Shown: in pieces, positions 27,340-36,973 of the stretch
How the letters are laid out: every line of letters begins with the position of its first letter
How positions within the stretch are numbered: position 1 is the stretch's first letter
Assembly (NCBI GenBank): GCA_965216785.1
Contig: OZ244197.1
Coordinates: forward strand, 2,688,001-2,752,000
DNA from: Thermodesulfobacteriota bacterium
Lineage (GTDB): Bacteria; Desulfobacterota_D; UBA1144; Nemesobacterales; UBA2774
Reading direction: 5' to 3'
Length of the DNA: 64,000 bases
Translations under genes and position numbers: made by a program
The notes under the pieces: model-generated
What the model saw: the letters and a program-made list of their open reading frames with translations, nothing else
What the model was told of the DNA's origin: nothing
The model's database searches: none

Positions 27340-28175
27340 AGCTCCTCCTTCCTGAAGCGGCTGAATACGGTATAAGCCAAAGCAAGCGGTATCAATGTCC
27401 ATAGTGCCATGATGAAAAAGAGAAGATAAAATATTCCTTCACGCCCAAACGTCCTTACAGCGTAAACCCCCACAGGCCCAAGTATCTCAAATCTCGGGCT
27501 CAGCACCAGAACCGAGGCTATCTTAAACACTTCTCCCGGGTTCAGAAGCGCAAGGATCAGCACCTGCCTTATCCCCAAGTCCAACACCACAGTTGTTCCC
27601 ATAACCCCCAGATCACCGAGCACAATGAAGAAGAGCCACAAGAAAACGCATATCCCTATTGCCTTTGACCCCTTTGTGGAGAATACCGAGACTGTAAAAC
27701 CGACGCCCAGCAGTGAAGCCGCCAGAAGACCCGAAAGCAGAGCTGTAATCAGATAGTTCGTTACATCGCCGCCCCCGCCCCTGAGCGAGACCCCCACTCC
27801 CGCTATACCGAAGCCTATTGAAATTGAAAACCATATTACGATCAGAAGCCCTAGATACTTCCCGAAAAACACCTCTGATTTTGTCACCGGGTGTGAGAGC
27901 AGATAGGAAAGAGTGCCGTTTTCCCTCTCAGAGGCAATACTAATACCCCCTGTAATTAACGCGATCAGAGGAACAAACAAAAGCACCAGATTTATCAGAC
28001 TTGCGGCAGTCCTGCCGTAACCTGTAAAACCTTCTATATTCGTGCCCGATGTAGCGATTAACAGCACAAGGAGCGCGAGAGCGGAAAAGCATGCGGTATA
28101 AAGAATAAACCATCTGTTTTTAAGAGACTCCGCAGCCTCTTTCCGCATAATCAGCAATATATTCTTAATATCCAT
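27336..28175 (-). CDS. nosY: ABC transporter permease NosY
   Basis: SLINLVL..VPLIAL, ERENGTL..LLSHP and LNP motifs; nos context. Confidence 0.92.
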   Translation of the reverse strand: MDIKNILLIMRKEAAESLKNRWFILYTACFSALALLVLLIATSGTNIEGFTGYGRTAASLINLVLLFVPLIALITGGISIASERENGTLSYLLSHPVTKSEVFFGKYLGLLIVIWFSISIGFGIAGVGVSLRGGGGDVTNYLITALLSGLLAASLLGVGFTVSVFSTKGSKAIGICVFLWLFFIVLGDLGVMGTTVVLDLGIRQVLILALLNPGEVFKIASVLVLSPRFEILGPVGVYAVRTFGREGIFYLLFFIMALWTLIPLALAYTVFSRFRKEEL

Positions 28176-29064
28176 TTTCTTCTATCTGTTTGACCAGACC
28201 CTCCATTGTGGGCTCGTCTATAGTAAAATTCTGCACCTCGATACCGTTTTCGATCAGCCGTTTAATAGGCGCCATTCTCAGGCTGTTTTCTATTTCAATA
28301 TTAAGCCCTGAACCGTTTCTGGTTACGCCCTGAAAACCTCCCTTAAGAAGTAAGGACTTAGCTCTGTCAACGCTCTCCTCGGCTATGACTAAATTAATTT
28401 TCACTTTGAGCCCAAGCGTCTCACCCAGGTTCTCGGGCTTTGCTTCCAATATAACTTTTCCGGCTCTCATAAATAGCGCTCTGTCGGCAAGGAGATCAAC
28501 TTCGTCAAGCCTGTGAGAGGAAAAGAGCACTGTCTTACCATCTTTTTTGTATGAGCTTACAAGAGTGAGAAAATCATTTCTCGCCTGCGCGTCCAGGTTT
28601 GAAGTCGGCTCATCAAGTATTAGCACAGGGGGCTCAGAAAGAAGGGCTATCGCAAAGGAGAGGCGCTGCCTCATTCCTCCGGAAAGCTCAGAGGTAGATT
28701 TAAGCTCATGCTCTTTAAGGCCGGTGAGATCAAGCACATGGTCTATTCTATCATTCCTCACCCGTCTGATAGAGGCAAAGAAGTGTAGGATATCCCTTGT
28801 CCTTATATCATAGAACTCAGGCTCCTGCGGCACATAGCCGATAAGCGACTTTGCCTGCTTTGGATTATCATTAACGTCCCGTCCGTCTACAGTTATAACG
28901 CCGCTGTAATCAAGAAGTCCCAGTACGCATTTTAGAAGAGTGCTCTTACCCGCGCCGTTTGCCCCGAGGAGCGCGACCGCTTGACCCTGTTCTACACCAA
29001 ACGTTACGCCGTCTACCGCGAGTACTTGACCAAAGCTCTTTGTAACAGAGTTAACTTCTATCAT
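28165..29064 (-). CDS. nosF: ABC transporter ATPase NosF
   Basis: GANGAGKS, LSGGMRQR, ILDEP and SSH motifs; nos context. Confidence 0.92.
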   Translation of the reverse strand: MIEVNSVTKSFGQVLAVDGVTFGVEQGQAVALLGANGAGKSTLLKCVLGLLDYSGVITVDGRDVNDNPKQAKSLIGYVPQEPEFYDIRTRDILHFFASIRRVRNDRIDHVLDLTGLKEHELKSTSELSGGMRQRLSFAIALLSEPPVLILDEPTSNLDAQARNDFLTLVSSYKKDGKTVLFSSHRLDEVDLLADRALFMRAGKVILEAKPENLGETLGLKVKINLVIAEESVDRAKSLLLKGGFQGVTRNGSGLNIEIENSLRMAPIKRLIENGIEVQNFTIDEPTMEGLVKQIEENGY

Positions 29065-29076
29065 AATTTAAACCTT

Positions 29077-30453
29077 TCACCTCGCTTTCATATACATGTA
29101 AGCGAATACGGGAATCAATATCATAAACAGGCTCGGAATGAATAAACCATAGGAAAATCCGGACTTTCCAAGCTTATATGTCTCATGAATCATAGGACTC
29201 ATTAGAGGGTAGTTATCCTCTACTTTGGGCTCGGGTTTTATTACAGGAAACGCCTCTGCCGCAAGCTCGATCGCCTCGGCTACGGGGCTGTATATAAATA
29301 TTCTCAAATTCGGGTAAGAGTCTATCAAGCTCTCGAAAAGGCTCTCGGCCCTATAGGGCGTCTCCCCTACCCCGTCATTGTTTGCGTCATATCCAACGTA
29401 ATCACTCCAGTAATTGCCTTTTCCGCTCTCATACCACTTATTACCTGAAAGTGTCCCGCCGCCCCTGACCTCTATTTGCTCGGTGTTGTCTATAAAGCTG
29501 TTAGAAACCAAAAGGTTCCGCTCTATCGAAGGCATGAATGAAGCCCCTATATCGTTAAACGCAATTACGTTTTCACTTATCGTATTCCATGAGTCTATCA
29601 TATGAGGGGAGTTATCCAGGTATAACCCGATACGGTTATCTATAAATAGGTTTCCCCGGGCGGTAATGTCGTCCAGGTCCTTGAACCCTACCCCATAGCC
29701 GGTCGCGGGGCCCTGATTACGGGCGAAAATGTTATTATGAAAGGTAATATTGCCGCTGTACATTAAAAACCCGCCCACGTAGTTATCTACAAAAACATTA
29801 TCTTCAAATAAATTGTCGTCACTATACATATAATGAAGACCGTAGCGGCCTTTCTCCACCGTGTTTCCCTTTATATGCGTATTACCGGACCACCACATCA
29901 CTAGATCCCTGGTACGTATAAGGTGGTTGTCCAGTATCTTCGTATCCGAGCTATACCATAGCCGGATACCGTCGCCCCGCACAGGAAGCGGCAAATCTTT
30001 ACCTACAACCTTGTTTCTCTCTATTACTCCGCCGGGTGAGTTCTTATAATATATTCCGAAGAGAACATCTTCGAGTGTATTGTCTGAAATTATGGTTCCT
30101 GGAGAGTCCGAGACAACAATTCCCGTATCTTCGACTGATAACCCTTCACCGCTCCCCCTAACGGTAAATCCGCTAAAGACGCATTCGGGGGCATTAATCT
30201 TAACAACCGTCCCCTTTCCTTCACCGTCTATACGCGGGTTCCCGATACCTAGAAGCTTAAGGGTTTTATCTACAACGATATGCTCTTTATATGTGCCGCC
30301 GTGAACCTCTATTGTGTCCCCTGTTCCAGCCGATTGGATTGCCTCGGATATGGAGCCGAGCTTGCCTTGTGCAGACACTCTAATCGTCTCTGCCAAGGCG
30401 CCCTGTGCACAGAAACAAAAAATGAGTAGTAACAAAACTCTGAGCAGGCTCAT
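29077..30453 (-). CDS. nosD: Nitrous oxide reductase maturation protein NosD
   Basis: Beta-helix repeats, RGDGIRLW, RYGLHYMYS and GNYWSDY.GYD motifs. Confidence 0.95.
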   Translation of the reverse strand: MSLLRVLLLLIFCFCAQGALAETIRVSAQGKLGSISEAIQSAGTGDTIEVHGGTYKEHIVVDKTLKLLGIGNPRIDGEGKGTVVKINAPECVFSGFTVRGSGEGLSVEDTGIVVSDSPGTIISDNTLEDVLFGIYYKNSPGGVIERNKVVGKDLPLPVRGDGIRLWYSSDTKILDNHLIRTRDLVMWWSGNTHIKGNTVEKGRYGLHYMYSDDNLFEDNVFVDNYVGGFLMYSGNITFHNNIFARNQGPATGYGVGFKDLDDITARGNLFIDNRIGLYLDNSPHMIDSWNTISENVIAFNDIGASFMPSIERNLLVSNSFIDNTEQIEVRGGGTLSGNKWYESGKGNYWSDYVGYDANNDGVGETPYRAESLFESLIDSYPNLRIFIYSPVAEAIELAAEAFPVIKPEPKVEDNYPLMSPMIHETYKLGKSGFSYGLFIPSLFMILIPVFAYMYMKAR

Positions 30454-30477
30454 AATATTCGCATGAAGACCCTCTTC

Positions 30478-31134
30478 CTAAGTGGCTCCGCCAGATCCTA
30501 CAATAAGAGGCTTATAAGCCCTTCTATGAAAGTAGAGTCCGATTATAATCAGTACGGAGGCCGCCATTGACATATAAAGGCCCACTTCCCAGCTCGCTAT
30601 AGTACTGAACTGAGCGATCTTTCCTTCACCTAACAACGGAGGCACAAAAGGTTGCACTGCGTTTTTAAGCGGAGCGTTCTGGTCAAGGTTCGTGCCAAAT
30701 GTCCTCATCCAGAAATACAGATCAGCCAGAAAAAACACCGGGTATGCGATTGCCGGTATCGCGAGGAATAGGGCAAACGGACTGTGCACAAATATAGTGC
30801 CCACAATAAGGAGCGCGAGCCCGATTATAATAAATACGCTCAGCGTCCGCTCCAGCACAGCCGCCTCTCCCAGGGGTTTCATTCCGATATAATGATTCAG
30901 GCTGTCAATTTCACCGATATCGCCCGTAAGCCTGTTCACATACATACTTGCCTCCAGGCCACCTGGGTACTGCGGCGCGAAAAGTGTTATTTTCCAGTAC
31001 GGAAGGAATATAGAGATAAATAACACGATCGCGGCCGCGAGCATAATAATCGTGGGAATCATGAATCTCCTCTTCTCTTTCTCCCACAACTCCTTAGGAA
31101 CCCGCGGCCCCAGAAACAGTTCATTTTCTTTCAT
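30478..31134 (-). CDS. nosB: NosB-like polytopic membrane protein of clade II nos clusters
   Basis: W.I.L.APQYP.GL, LNHYIGM and PPLLG motifs; 4 TM helices; lies between nosZ and nosD. Confidence 0.8.
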   Translation of the reverse strand: MKENELFLGPRVPKELWEKEKRRFMIPTIIMLAAAIVLFISIFLPYWKITLFAPQYPGGLEASMYVNRLTGDIGEIDSLNHYIGMKPLGEAAVLERTLSVFIIIGLALLIVGTIFVHSPFALFLAIPAIAYPVFFLADLYFWMRTFGTNLDQNAPLKNAVQPFVPPLLGEGKIAQFSTIASWEVGLYMSMAASVLIIIGLYFHRRAYKPLIVGSGGAT

Positions 31135-31241
31135 AGCTGTGCTCCCTCTCTTAAATCTATTAGTTACAAACCTGCATTACGCCTCGGGGATACCTTACGT
31201 ACAGTCTAAGCTCAGAGGTAAGATTATACAAACAAACGGTG

Positions 31242-31610
31242 CTACTTGCCGGTCAATATTCTTCTGGCGTTTAGCCCCGCGGTAGCGGCTTTTACATAAT
31301 ACTGCCACGCCATGTTATAGCCGTAATTGGCTTTTTCCCACTCCTGAGCTTCCATAGCCGTATCACCTTGCTTAAGAAACTTGTCGCCTTCGCCAAGCTG
31401 TATTACAGCGTCATCAATTAGCTCTTTTGCTGTAGGATTATCTTGGTCCCCTATCTCTTGAAGCTCTTCATAGACACTCATTACTTGTGCCCTCGTGCTC
31501 GTAGCCTGCTCCTGCCAGCTCTTTGCCGTCTCTTCATTCTGAGCTCCAAATGCGGCGCTTACGAAAACAAACACCAATACCGGACTGAGAAGAAAATATA
31601 GTTTTTTCAT
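31242..31610 (-). CDS. Hypothetical exported alpha-helical protein inside the nos operon
   Basis: Signal peptide MKKLYFLL..AFG-A behind SD GGGAGGG; no heme or Cu motif. Confidence 0.7.
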   Translation of the reverse strand: MKKLYFLLSPVLVFVFVSAAFGAQNEETAKSWQEQATSTRAQVMSVYEELQEIGDQDNPTAKELIDDAVIQLGEGDKFLKQGDTAMEAQEWEKANYGYNMAWQYYVKAATAGLNARRILTGK

Positions 31611-31716
31611 TCTAATACCCTCCCTTATAGTGTTTTGCATTCCAAAATACCAGCCCCCCTCGCAACCCCCATAAAGACCTTGGGTTACGAGGGAGGTTCA
31701 GCCATAGCTCTGTTAA

Positions 31717-33762
31717 TTATTTTTTAGGTTCTACCATCAAATACCCCATCATCTCGAGATGAAGGGCAGAGCAAAACTCGGTGCAGTAAAACGGGTACAC
31801 ACCCGGCTTATCCGCTGTGAATTTAACCGTGCTGCTCTCCCCGGGCTCAAGGCTCAGGTTTACGTTGTACCCATCTATAGCAAACCCATGTGTAGCGTCT
31901 CTTGCCCGCTCGACACTTGTTATGTGCAAGATCACTTCGTCTCCTTCGTTCACTGTTATATGCTCAGGATTAAAGTGACTTCTGATAGCGGTCATCCAAA
32001 CTTCGACCGTGCCGTTATTGCGGACAATCTTTTCCTCCCCAACTTTTGCGGCATTGGGGTTTACGCTCATCGTAGCCGGGTTCCAACCCACCTCGGGATA
32101 TACGATATAAGGATCGAGCTTATCGGCCTTCACCATTTGCACGTAGTGGGGCTCACCCACTCCGATAGGCATATCGTAAAGGAGCTGCATTTTATCGCCC
32201 GATACGTCTATAAGCTGGAAGTTCTGAGGAAGAAGCGGCCCTACAGGACTAAAGCGGTCTATCGACCATTTGTTCAAGGCAACGCAGTATTTACCGTCAG
32301 GAGACACAGTATCGCCCTCGGCGCAGACCGTATGCCCTATGTTATAGTGAACAGGGATCTTCTCTGTCAGCGTCCACGCTTCCTCACCCTCATTGTAAGG
32401 AGGGCCTAGCTTCCACTTAGCAAGGGTGCTTTCGATAAATACGCTCGTATAGGCGTTACCGTCTGCATCAAACTGAGTGTGCAGCGGCCCCAGACCAATC
32501 TCCAGCTGTGCGGCAACTACGTCGTTGTAGTTAAGTATCGGCACACCGTAGGGGTCTTCACCCTCAAAATTTTTGTCTTTAATCGCGGTTTGAATCTTAT
32601 CGAACCCGTATATAGTTGCGTGTGTATCCAGTTTTCCGGATACGACAAGATAATCTCCTCCGGGTGCTACATCTACACCGTGAGGACTCTTGGGCTCCGG
32701 TATAAAGTATAAGAGCCCTTCCTCTATCGCTACATCTAGGGGTATTACATTTGCTCCGCTTATCTCTTTTGTTTTTCCAGACTTGGCTACCTGAATAGCT
32801 TTCTCCAAGTTAACCACGTGCATGTAATCCATATCCCTCTGTGACACGCCAGCTTCAAATGGAGGATTACCGGACTCGATTCCGCCCGTGGCGAGCTCAG
32901 TGTTTATCGAGTTACAGAATACCCATCCCTCACTTACCTTCTTACCTGCATCACAAAGGTCCTGCCAATAGGGCGGCAATTCCATCTGGAAGCTTTCTGA
33001 CTCTATGATACGCCCCTTATCGCGGTCGAATTTATGGAATACGATAAGTCCCCGGTACTTATCCTGATATTCATCAAGTGGCGCGAATTCATGAAACGGC
33101 AGCGGTGTTCCGTATTGCGAGGCCTGGATTATCCACTCCGTATCAGGTGTAACAAAAGTAGATCCGTGATCCGATATAAGGTTAGGCGTCTTCACCATCT
33201 GCTTGGTCTCAAAGTCCCTTAAGTCGATAACGGCGACTCTTGCGTTAGCTTTATCATTAATAAACAGCCATTCACCGTCGTACTCTCCGTCCGTTTCGCT
33301 GAGCGCAGGGTGGTGCGTATCTGCCCAGCTCAGTTCTCTGTCAGTACCGATAGGCATATAACCCGATTTCAAAATACTTTCCGATTCCTCTGAGCCGTAC
33401 CCAAACCCCTGCCAGGGCTCCGGCGTGAATGCTGCGATAACTTTCAGAAGACGCATCGAAGGCACGCCTATTACATATACCTGACCCGAATGTCCCCCTG
33501 ATGAGAACATAATATAATCGTCGTGCTTACCCGAAGGCACATATGTTTTAAGAGCCGCGGTAATATTTTCAGGCGTAAGCCCTCTTTCCTTGGCTATTTC
33601 CTGCGCATCCTGAGGCAACCCTCCGTTTTGCTTGGCTGCAGAGGATGTATCTTGTTTACTGCCTGTCTCCTGCTCGCCGCCAGAGCTACACGAAATCATT
33701 AACCCTGCGGCAAATAACGAAAGAAGCAAAGTACTAAATAACCAAACTTTCCCTTTATTCAT
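31717..33762 (-). CDS. nosZ: Sec-dependent (clade II) nitrous oxide reductase, lipoprotein-type signal
   Basis: No twin-Arg; lipobox LMISC. Seven CuZ His (DTHH, DHG, PHG, LHT, GHT, EPH) and CuA motif H...CTEFCSALHLEM. Confidence 0.97.
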   Translation of the reverse strand: MNKGKVWLFSTLLLSLFAAGLMISCSSGGEQETGSKQDTSSAAKQNGGLPQDAQEIAKERGLTPENITAALKTYVPSGKHDDYIMFSSGGHSGQVYVIGVPSMRLLKVIAAFTPEPWQGFGYGSEESESILKSGYMPIGTDRELSWADTHHPALSETDGEYDGEWLFINDKANARVAVIDLRDFETKQMVKTPNLISDHGSTFVTPDTEWIIQASQYGTPLPFHEFAPLDEYQDKYRGLIVFHKFDRDKGRIIESESFQMELPPYWQDLCDAGKKVSEGWVFCNSINTELATGGIESGNPPFEAGVSQRDMDYMHVVNLEKAIQVAKSGKTKEISGANVIPLDVAIEEGLLYFIPEPKSPHGVDVAPGGDYLVVSGKLDTHATIYGFDKIQTAIKDKNFEGEDPYGVPILNYNDVVAAQLEIGLGPLHTQFDADGNAYTSVFIESTLAKWKLGPPYNEGEEAWTLTEKIPVHYNIGHTVCAEGDTVSPDGKYCVALNKWSIDRFSPVGPLLPQNFQLIDVSGDKMQLLYDMPIGVGEPHYVQMVKADKLDPYIVYPEVGWNPATMSVNPNAAKVGEEKIVRNNGTVEVWMTAIRSHFNPEHITVNEGDEVILHITSVERARDATHGFAIDGYNVNLSLEPGESSTVKFTADKPGVYPFYCTEFCSALHLEMMGYLMVEPKK

Positions 33763-33791
33763 GACTTACTACCTCCCTTGCGTTAATTACT

Positions 33792-34172
33792 TTATTTACT
33801 TTTCGAATCTTCATATTTGAGATAAACAATGATCTCGTCTACTTCCTCGTCCGTAAGGCCCTGGTTCGGCATAGGGACGAAGTATTCTTTAAGCATCTCT
33901 TTTGCTATCGGGTCTGTCATAATCATCGTATCCGGACTCTTTAGCCACTTCTTAAGCCACTCCTCTTCTCTTCTTTCCGTTACACCTGCAAGATCAGGTC
34001 CCGAGAGCTTACCTCCCCCGATTGTATGGCATGCCGGACAACCCTTTTCTTTAAATACAGCCTCTCCCTTCTCTGCGCTTTTACTATCTTCACTATATGC
34101 GGGGTTCTGTAGCAAGATTGCCGAAATTACGACTAAAAAAGTGATTGTTAAAGAATATAAAACCAGTCTCAT
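33792..34172 (-). CDS. Monoheme cytochrome c (NosC-like electron donor)
   Basis: Signal peptide, CPACH, GPDL and MPN; first gene of the nos operon. Confidence 0.88.
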   Translation of the reverse strand: MRLVLYSLTITFLVVISAILLQNPAYSEDSKSAEKGEAVFKEKGCPACHTIGGGKLSGPDLAGVTERREEEWLKKWLKSPDTMIMTDPIAKEMLKEYFVPMPNQGLTDEEVDEIIVYLKYEDSKSK

Positions 34173-34214
34173 CCTATTCCCTCCGTAGCTAAACGAATAT
34201 TATCCAATACATGA

Positions 34215-34229
34215 GCAAAATAGGTGCCA
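34215..34229 (-). promoter_or_regulatory. sigma54 promoter of the nos operon
   Basis: Minus strand TGGCACCTATTTTGC. Candidate enhancer at 34273-34296. Confidence 0.82.
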
Positions 34230-34411
34230 AGCCGAAGCCCTACTATTCATTGAATTTTAATATTGTAAGAAATGTCAGATGTCTTGTATTCGTACACTTA
34301 ATAAATGTAAATGTAAGTTGCTTCTTTTCTCTGCACAGAAGCAAACCTGCCCTGTTTAAGTATGTTTTAGTTTTTACTAAGAGATAGCGCGTTAAATAGC
34401 AGAGAAATAGT

Positions 34412-34448
34412 AAAAAAAATAGGGCATCCATCCTGAGGATGCCCTATT
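34412..34448 (-). terminator. Intrinsic terminator after the outer-membrane barrel gene
   Basis: Minus strand ATAGGGCATCC-loop-GGATGCCCTAT followed by a T8 run. Confidence 0.85.
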
Positions 34449-34494
34449 GGTTGAGAGGGAGAAGCCTGTTTAGGCTTCTGGAGAAAATGAGAGA

Positions 34495-35346
34495 TTAGAA
34501 TCTAAACCCTAGTCTTCCACCGTAGGTTCCAAAAGAGCCGTTATTTCTGTCTACGTAGTTATAACGTCCTTCTGCGCCTACGAATATCTTTTTCGTGATA
34601 TTAAAATCAATTCCGCCTCCCAGATGAAGTCCCAACTCAGCACTGCCCTGTCCTGACGGGTAACCTCGCTTCTGCAGAACACCGGGCTGTGGTGCGATAC
34701 CACCCACCTGACTTCCCGGATCACTCTTGTTAAGAAAGATGTTAAACCCAGGTCCACCCATTACGAAGGGCTGAACAATATGGTGAGCTTCCACTTTATA
34801 TTTCAATCCGAGCAGGATTGTGACTGTATCCAGCGTAACACTGGTTTGAGTCGGTAAAGCACCTGGTGAGAGGGCATTTACAGTCGGCTCGAACGTTAGG
34901 TCATCATCAGTTCTAGCCCATCCTATATTAATCAGACCCATCAGTTTTCCAGGTCCTAAATTCTTGTACAGCGGCAATCCAAGCTCACCCGCCATATAAA
35001 AGCCGGTGCCTGTCTTGAAGGGTCCAGTCTGAGCTCCGATTACCATTGCGAACTCAGCTCCCAACGGCTGTTGCCCTTTCCTGGAGATAAAATCCTGTAT
35101 TTTGGCCTCAGATTCCTGCATCTGGGCCTGACTGGCTGCTTTTTCGTTCTCCAGCTGTTCTATCCTCTGCATCAACAATTCATTCTGTCTGCGGTTCTCC
35201 TCATTTTGCCTGTTGTTTTGCTCAATCATCTGTTTGAGCTCCTGTATTTGCTGATCGCTTGCGGCATGAGCATCATAAGACATTAAGCCCAGCGGTCCGG
35301 CTAACAACATAAGCAACGCAAACGCTAATAAGAATGTTCTTGGCAT
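34495..35346 (-). CDS. Outer-membrane beta-barrel (OmpA/OmpW-like) protein with N-terminal coiled coil
   Basis: Signal peptide, Gln/Glu-rich coiled coil, QPFVMGGPG, GGGIDFNI..KIFVGAEGRYNY and terminal RLGFRF. Confidence 0.75.
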   Translation of the reverse strand: MPRTFLLAFALLMLLAGPLGLMSYDAHAASDQQIQELKQMIEQNNRQNEENRRQNELLMQRIEQLENEKAASQAQMQESEAKIQDFISRKGQQPLGAEFAMVIGAQTGPFKTGTGFYMAGELGLPLYKNLGPGKLMGLINIGWARTDDDLTFEPTVNALSPGALPTQTSVTLDTVTILLGLKYKVEAHHIVQPFVMGGPGFNIFLNKSDPGSQVGGIAPQPGVLQKRGYPSGQGSAELGLHLGGGIDFNITKKIFVGAEGRYNYVDRNNGSFGTYGGRLGFRF

Positions 35347-35388
35347 CCTTCTATACCTCCTCTTGGTTTTTTATAAATCAGACAAAGA

Positions 35389-35403
35389 GCAATCCAGATG
35401 CCA
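35389..35403 (-). promoter_or_regulatory. sigma54 promoter of the barrel gene
   Basis: Minus strand TGGCATCTGGATTGC. Candidate enhancer at 35455-35482. Confidence 0.75.
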
Positions 35404-35617
35404 AATAATAATATTAAATGATTTAAGATGTTTAGAGATTTAGATATTGTGAGGTGTACGTCTTAAAACAATACATCTGACATGTGAAGTCTCTTGAAAA
35501 GACTTTCACAATAAAAACAATGAGCATTTGCGAAGAACACTTAATACTGACGAACAATTGCTAATAATAGTGTCAATTGAGGGTTAGAATATTAATAAAA
35601 TGCGATCGTCGGTAGGC

Positions 35618-36973
35618 TTAATCAATCTCATAAAGCTTTAGCTTTCTATAGAGAGTGTCTCTTGAAATACCCAGCATCTCCGCAGCTTTTGATTTGTTGC
35701 CGCTGGCCTCACGGAGCGCTTGCTCAAAGGCATATTTTTCAAGCTTATCCAATGAAAGCATCTGATGTCCGCTTGCTTTAGGCTCATGCCATAAAAGGTT
35801 GGCCTTTAGGTCCTTAAGTGTTATTTCTTCTTTGTCTTGAGGGCATACGGCAACAATGCCTTCTATCAGATTCTCAAGCTCCCTGATATTGCCGGGAAAC
35901 GCGTAGCTGTAGAGTGAATTTAAAGCTCCTTCAGATAAGCCCTTTATGTTCTTTGAATACTTCATGTTAAACCTTCCGAGAAAGGTCTCTACGAGAAGGG
36001 GAATATCCCCTTTTCTTCCGCTTAATGGTGGAAGCTCAATCACTATCACCGCAAGTCTGAAAAAGAGGTCGTCCCTCAAATACTTATTTTTTAACTCTTC
36101 AATCGAGTGGTTGCTGGCAGCTATTACCCTCACGTCAAGAGGCACTTCCTCTGTATGACCGATAGGGCGTACCTTATACTCCTCGAGTACTCTGAGAAGC
36201 CTGACCTGAAGGTCTTTGGGCATCTCCCCGATTTCATCAAGGAATATAGTCCCTTTGTTTGCAGCGATAAATAAGCCCTCATGGTCTTTCACCGCACCGG
36301 TAAATGCGCCTTTTTTATAACCGAAAAGCTCGGACTCCAGTAGTTCCTTAGGTATAGCACCGCAGTTTACGGCAATAAAAGGCTCACCCGACCTCTCACC
36401 TTTAACGTGTATGGCTTTCGCAAGAAGCTCCTTACCCGTACCGGTTTCCCCTACTATAAACACCGGGGCATCGCTCCTTGCCGCCGCGGTTGCCTTTTCA
36501 AATACCGCCTTCATACCCTTTGAGCTGCTTATTATGCTCTCAAAACCGAATTTATCTGAAATAATCTGCTTGAGCTCGCCAACCTTACCCTCAAGCTCGT
36601 GTTTTTTCCGCAGCACTTGGAGCTTCTTAAGGAGCACTTCTTTATCAAAGGGTTTGGTAATAAAGTCAGATGCGCCTCTCTTAATAGCCTCAACCGCTGT
36701 CTGCACCGTGCCCTGTCCGGTAACTATTATCACCGTCATTTCGGAAGACGCCTCTTTTAACTTCTCAAGAAGCGTGAAGCCGTCCATCATAGGCATCACT
36801 AAATCTAAAAGCGCAAGGTTAATACCCGAGGTAACGCTAGCCTTCTCGAGCGCCTCCTTTCCAGAGTACGCGGTAACCACACCGTAACCACTGCGCTCCA
36901 AAAGCTCCCTTACTGCATCCACAAATTCAGGATCGTCATCAACAACTAACACTTTGTATTCAGATTTTTTCAA
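35618..36973 (-). CDS. sigma54-dependent response regulator (NtrC/AtoC family: REC-AAA+-Fis HTH)
   Basis: VDDD, LDLVMP, GETGTGKE, ESELFG..KGAFTGA and LGISRDTLYRKL motifs. Confidence 0.95.
   Translation of the reverse strand: MKKSEYKVLVVDDDPEFVDAVRELLERSGYGVVTAYSGKEALEKASVTSGINLALLDLVMPMMDGFTLLEKLKEASSEMTVIIVTGQGTVQTAVEAIKRGASDFITKPFDKEVLLKKLQVLRKKHELEGKVGELKQIISDKFGFESIISSSKGMKAVFEKATAAARSDAPVFIVGETGTGKELLAKAIHVKGERSGEPFIAVNCGAIPKELLESELFGYKKGAFTGAVKDHEGLFIAANKGTIFLDEIGEMPKDLQVRLLRVLEEYKVRPIGHTEEVPLDVRVIAASNHSIEELKNKYLRDDLFFRLAVIVIELPPLSGRKGDIPLLVETFLGRFNMKYSKNIKGLSEGALNSLYSYAFPGNIRELENLIEGIVAVCPQDKEEITLKDLKANLLWHEPKASGHQMLSLDKLEKYAFEQALREASGNKSKAAEMLGISRDTLYRKLKLYEID

Noticed and set aside
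31759-32409. 216-aa plus-strand ORF and the other long antisense ORFs (e.g. 1663-2085, 36411-36887, 63012-63419)
   Set aside because: They lie wholly opposite well-supported genes and show no recognisable motifs; treated as shadow ORFs.
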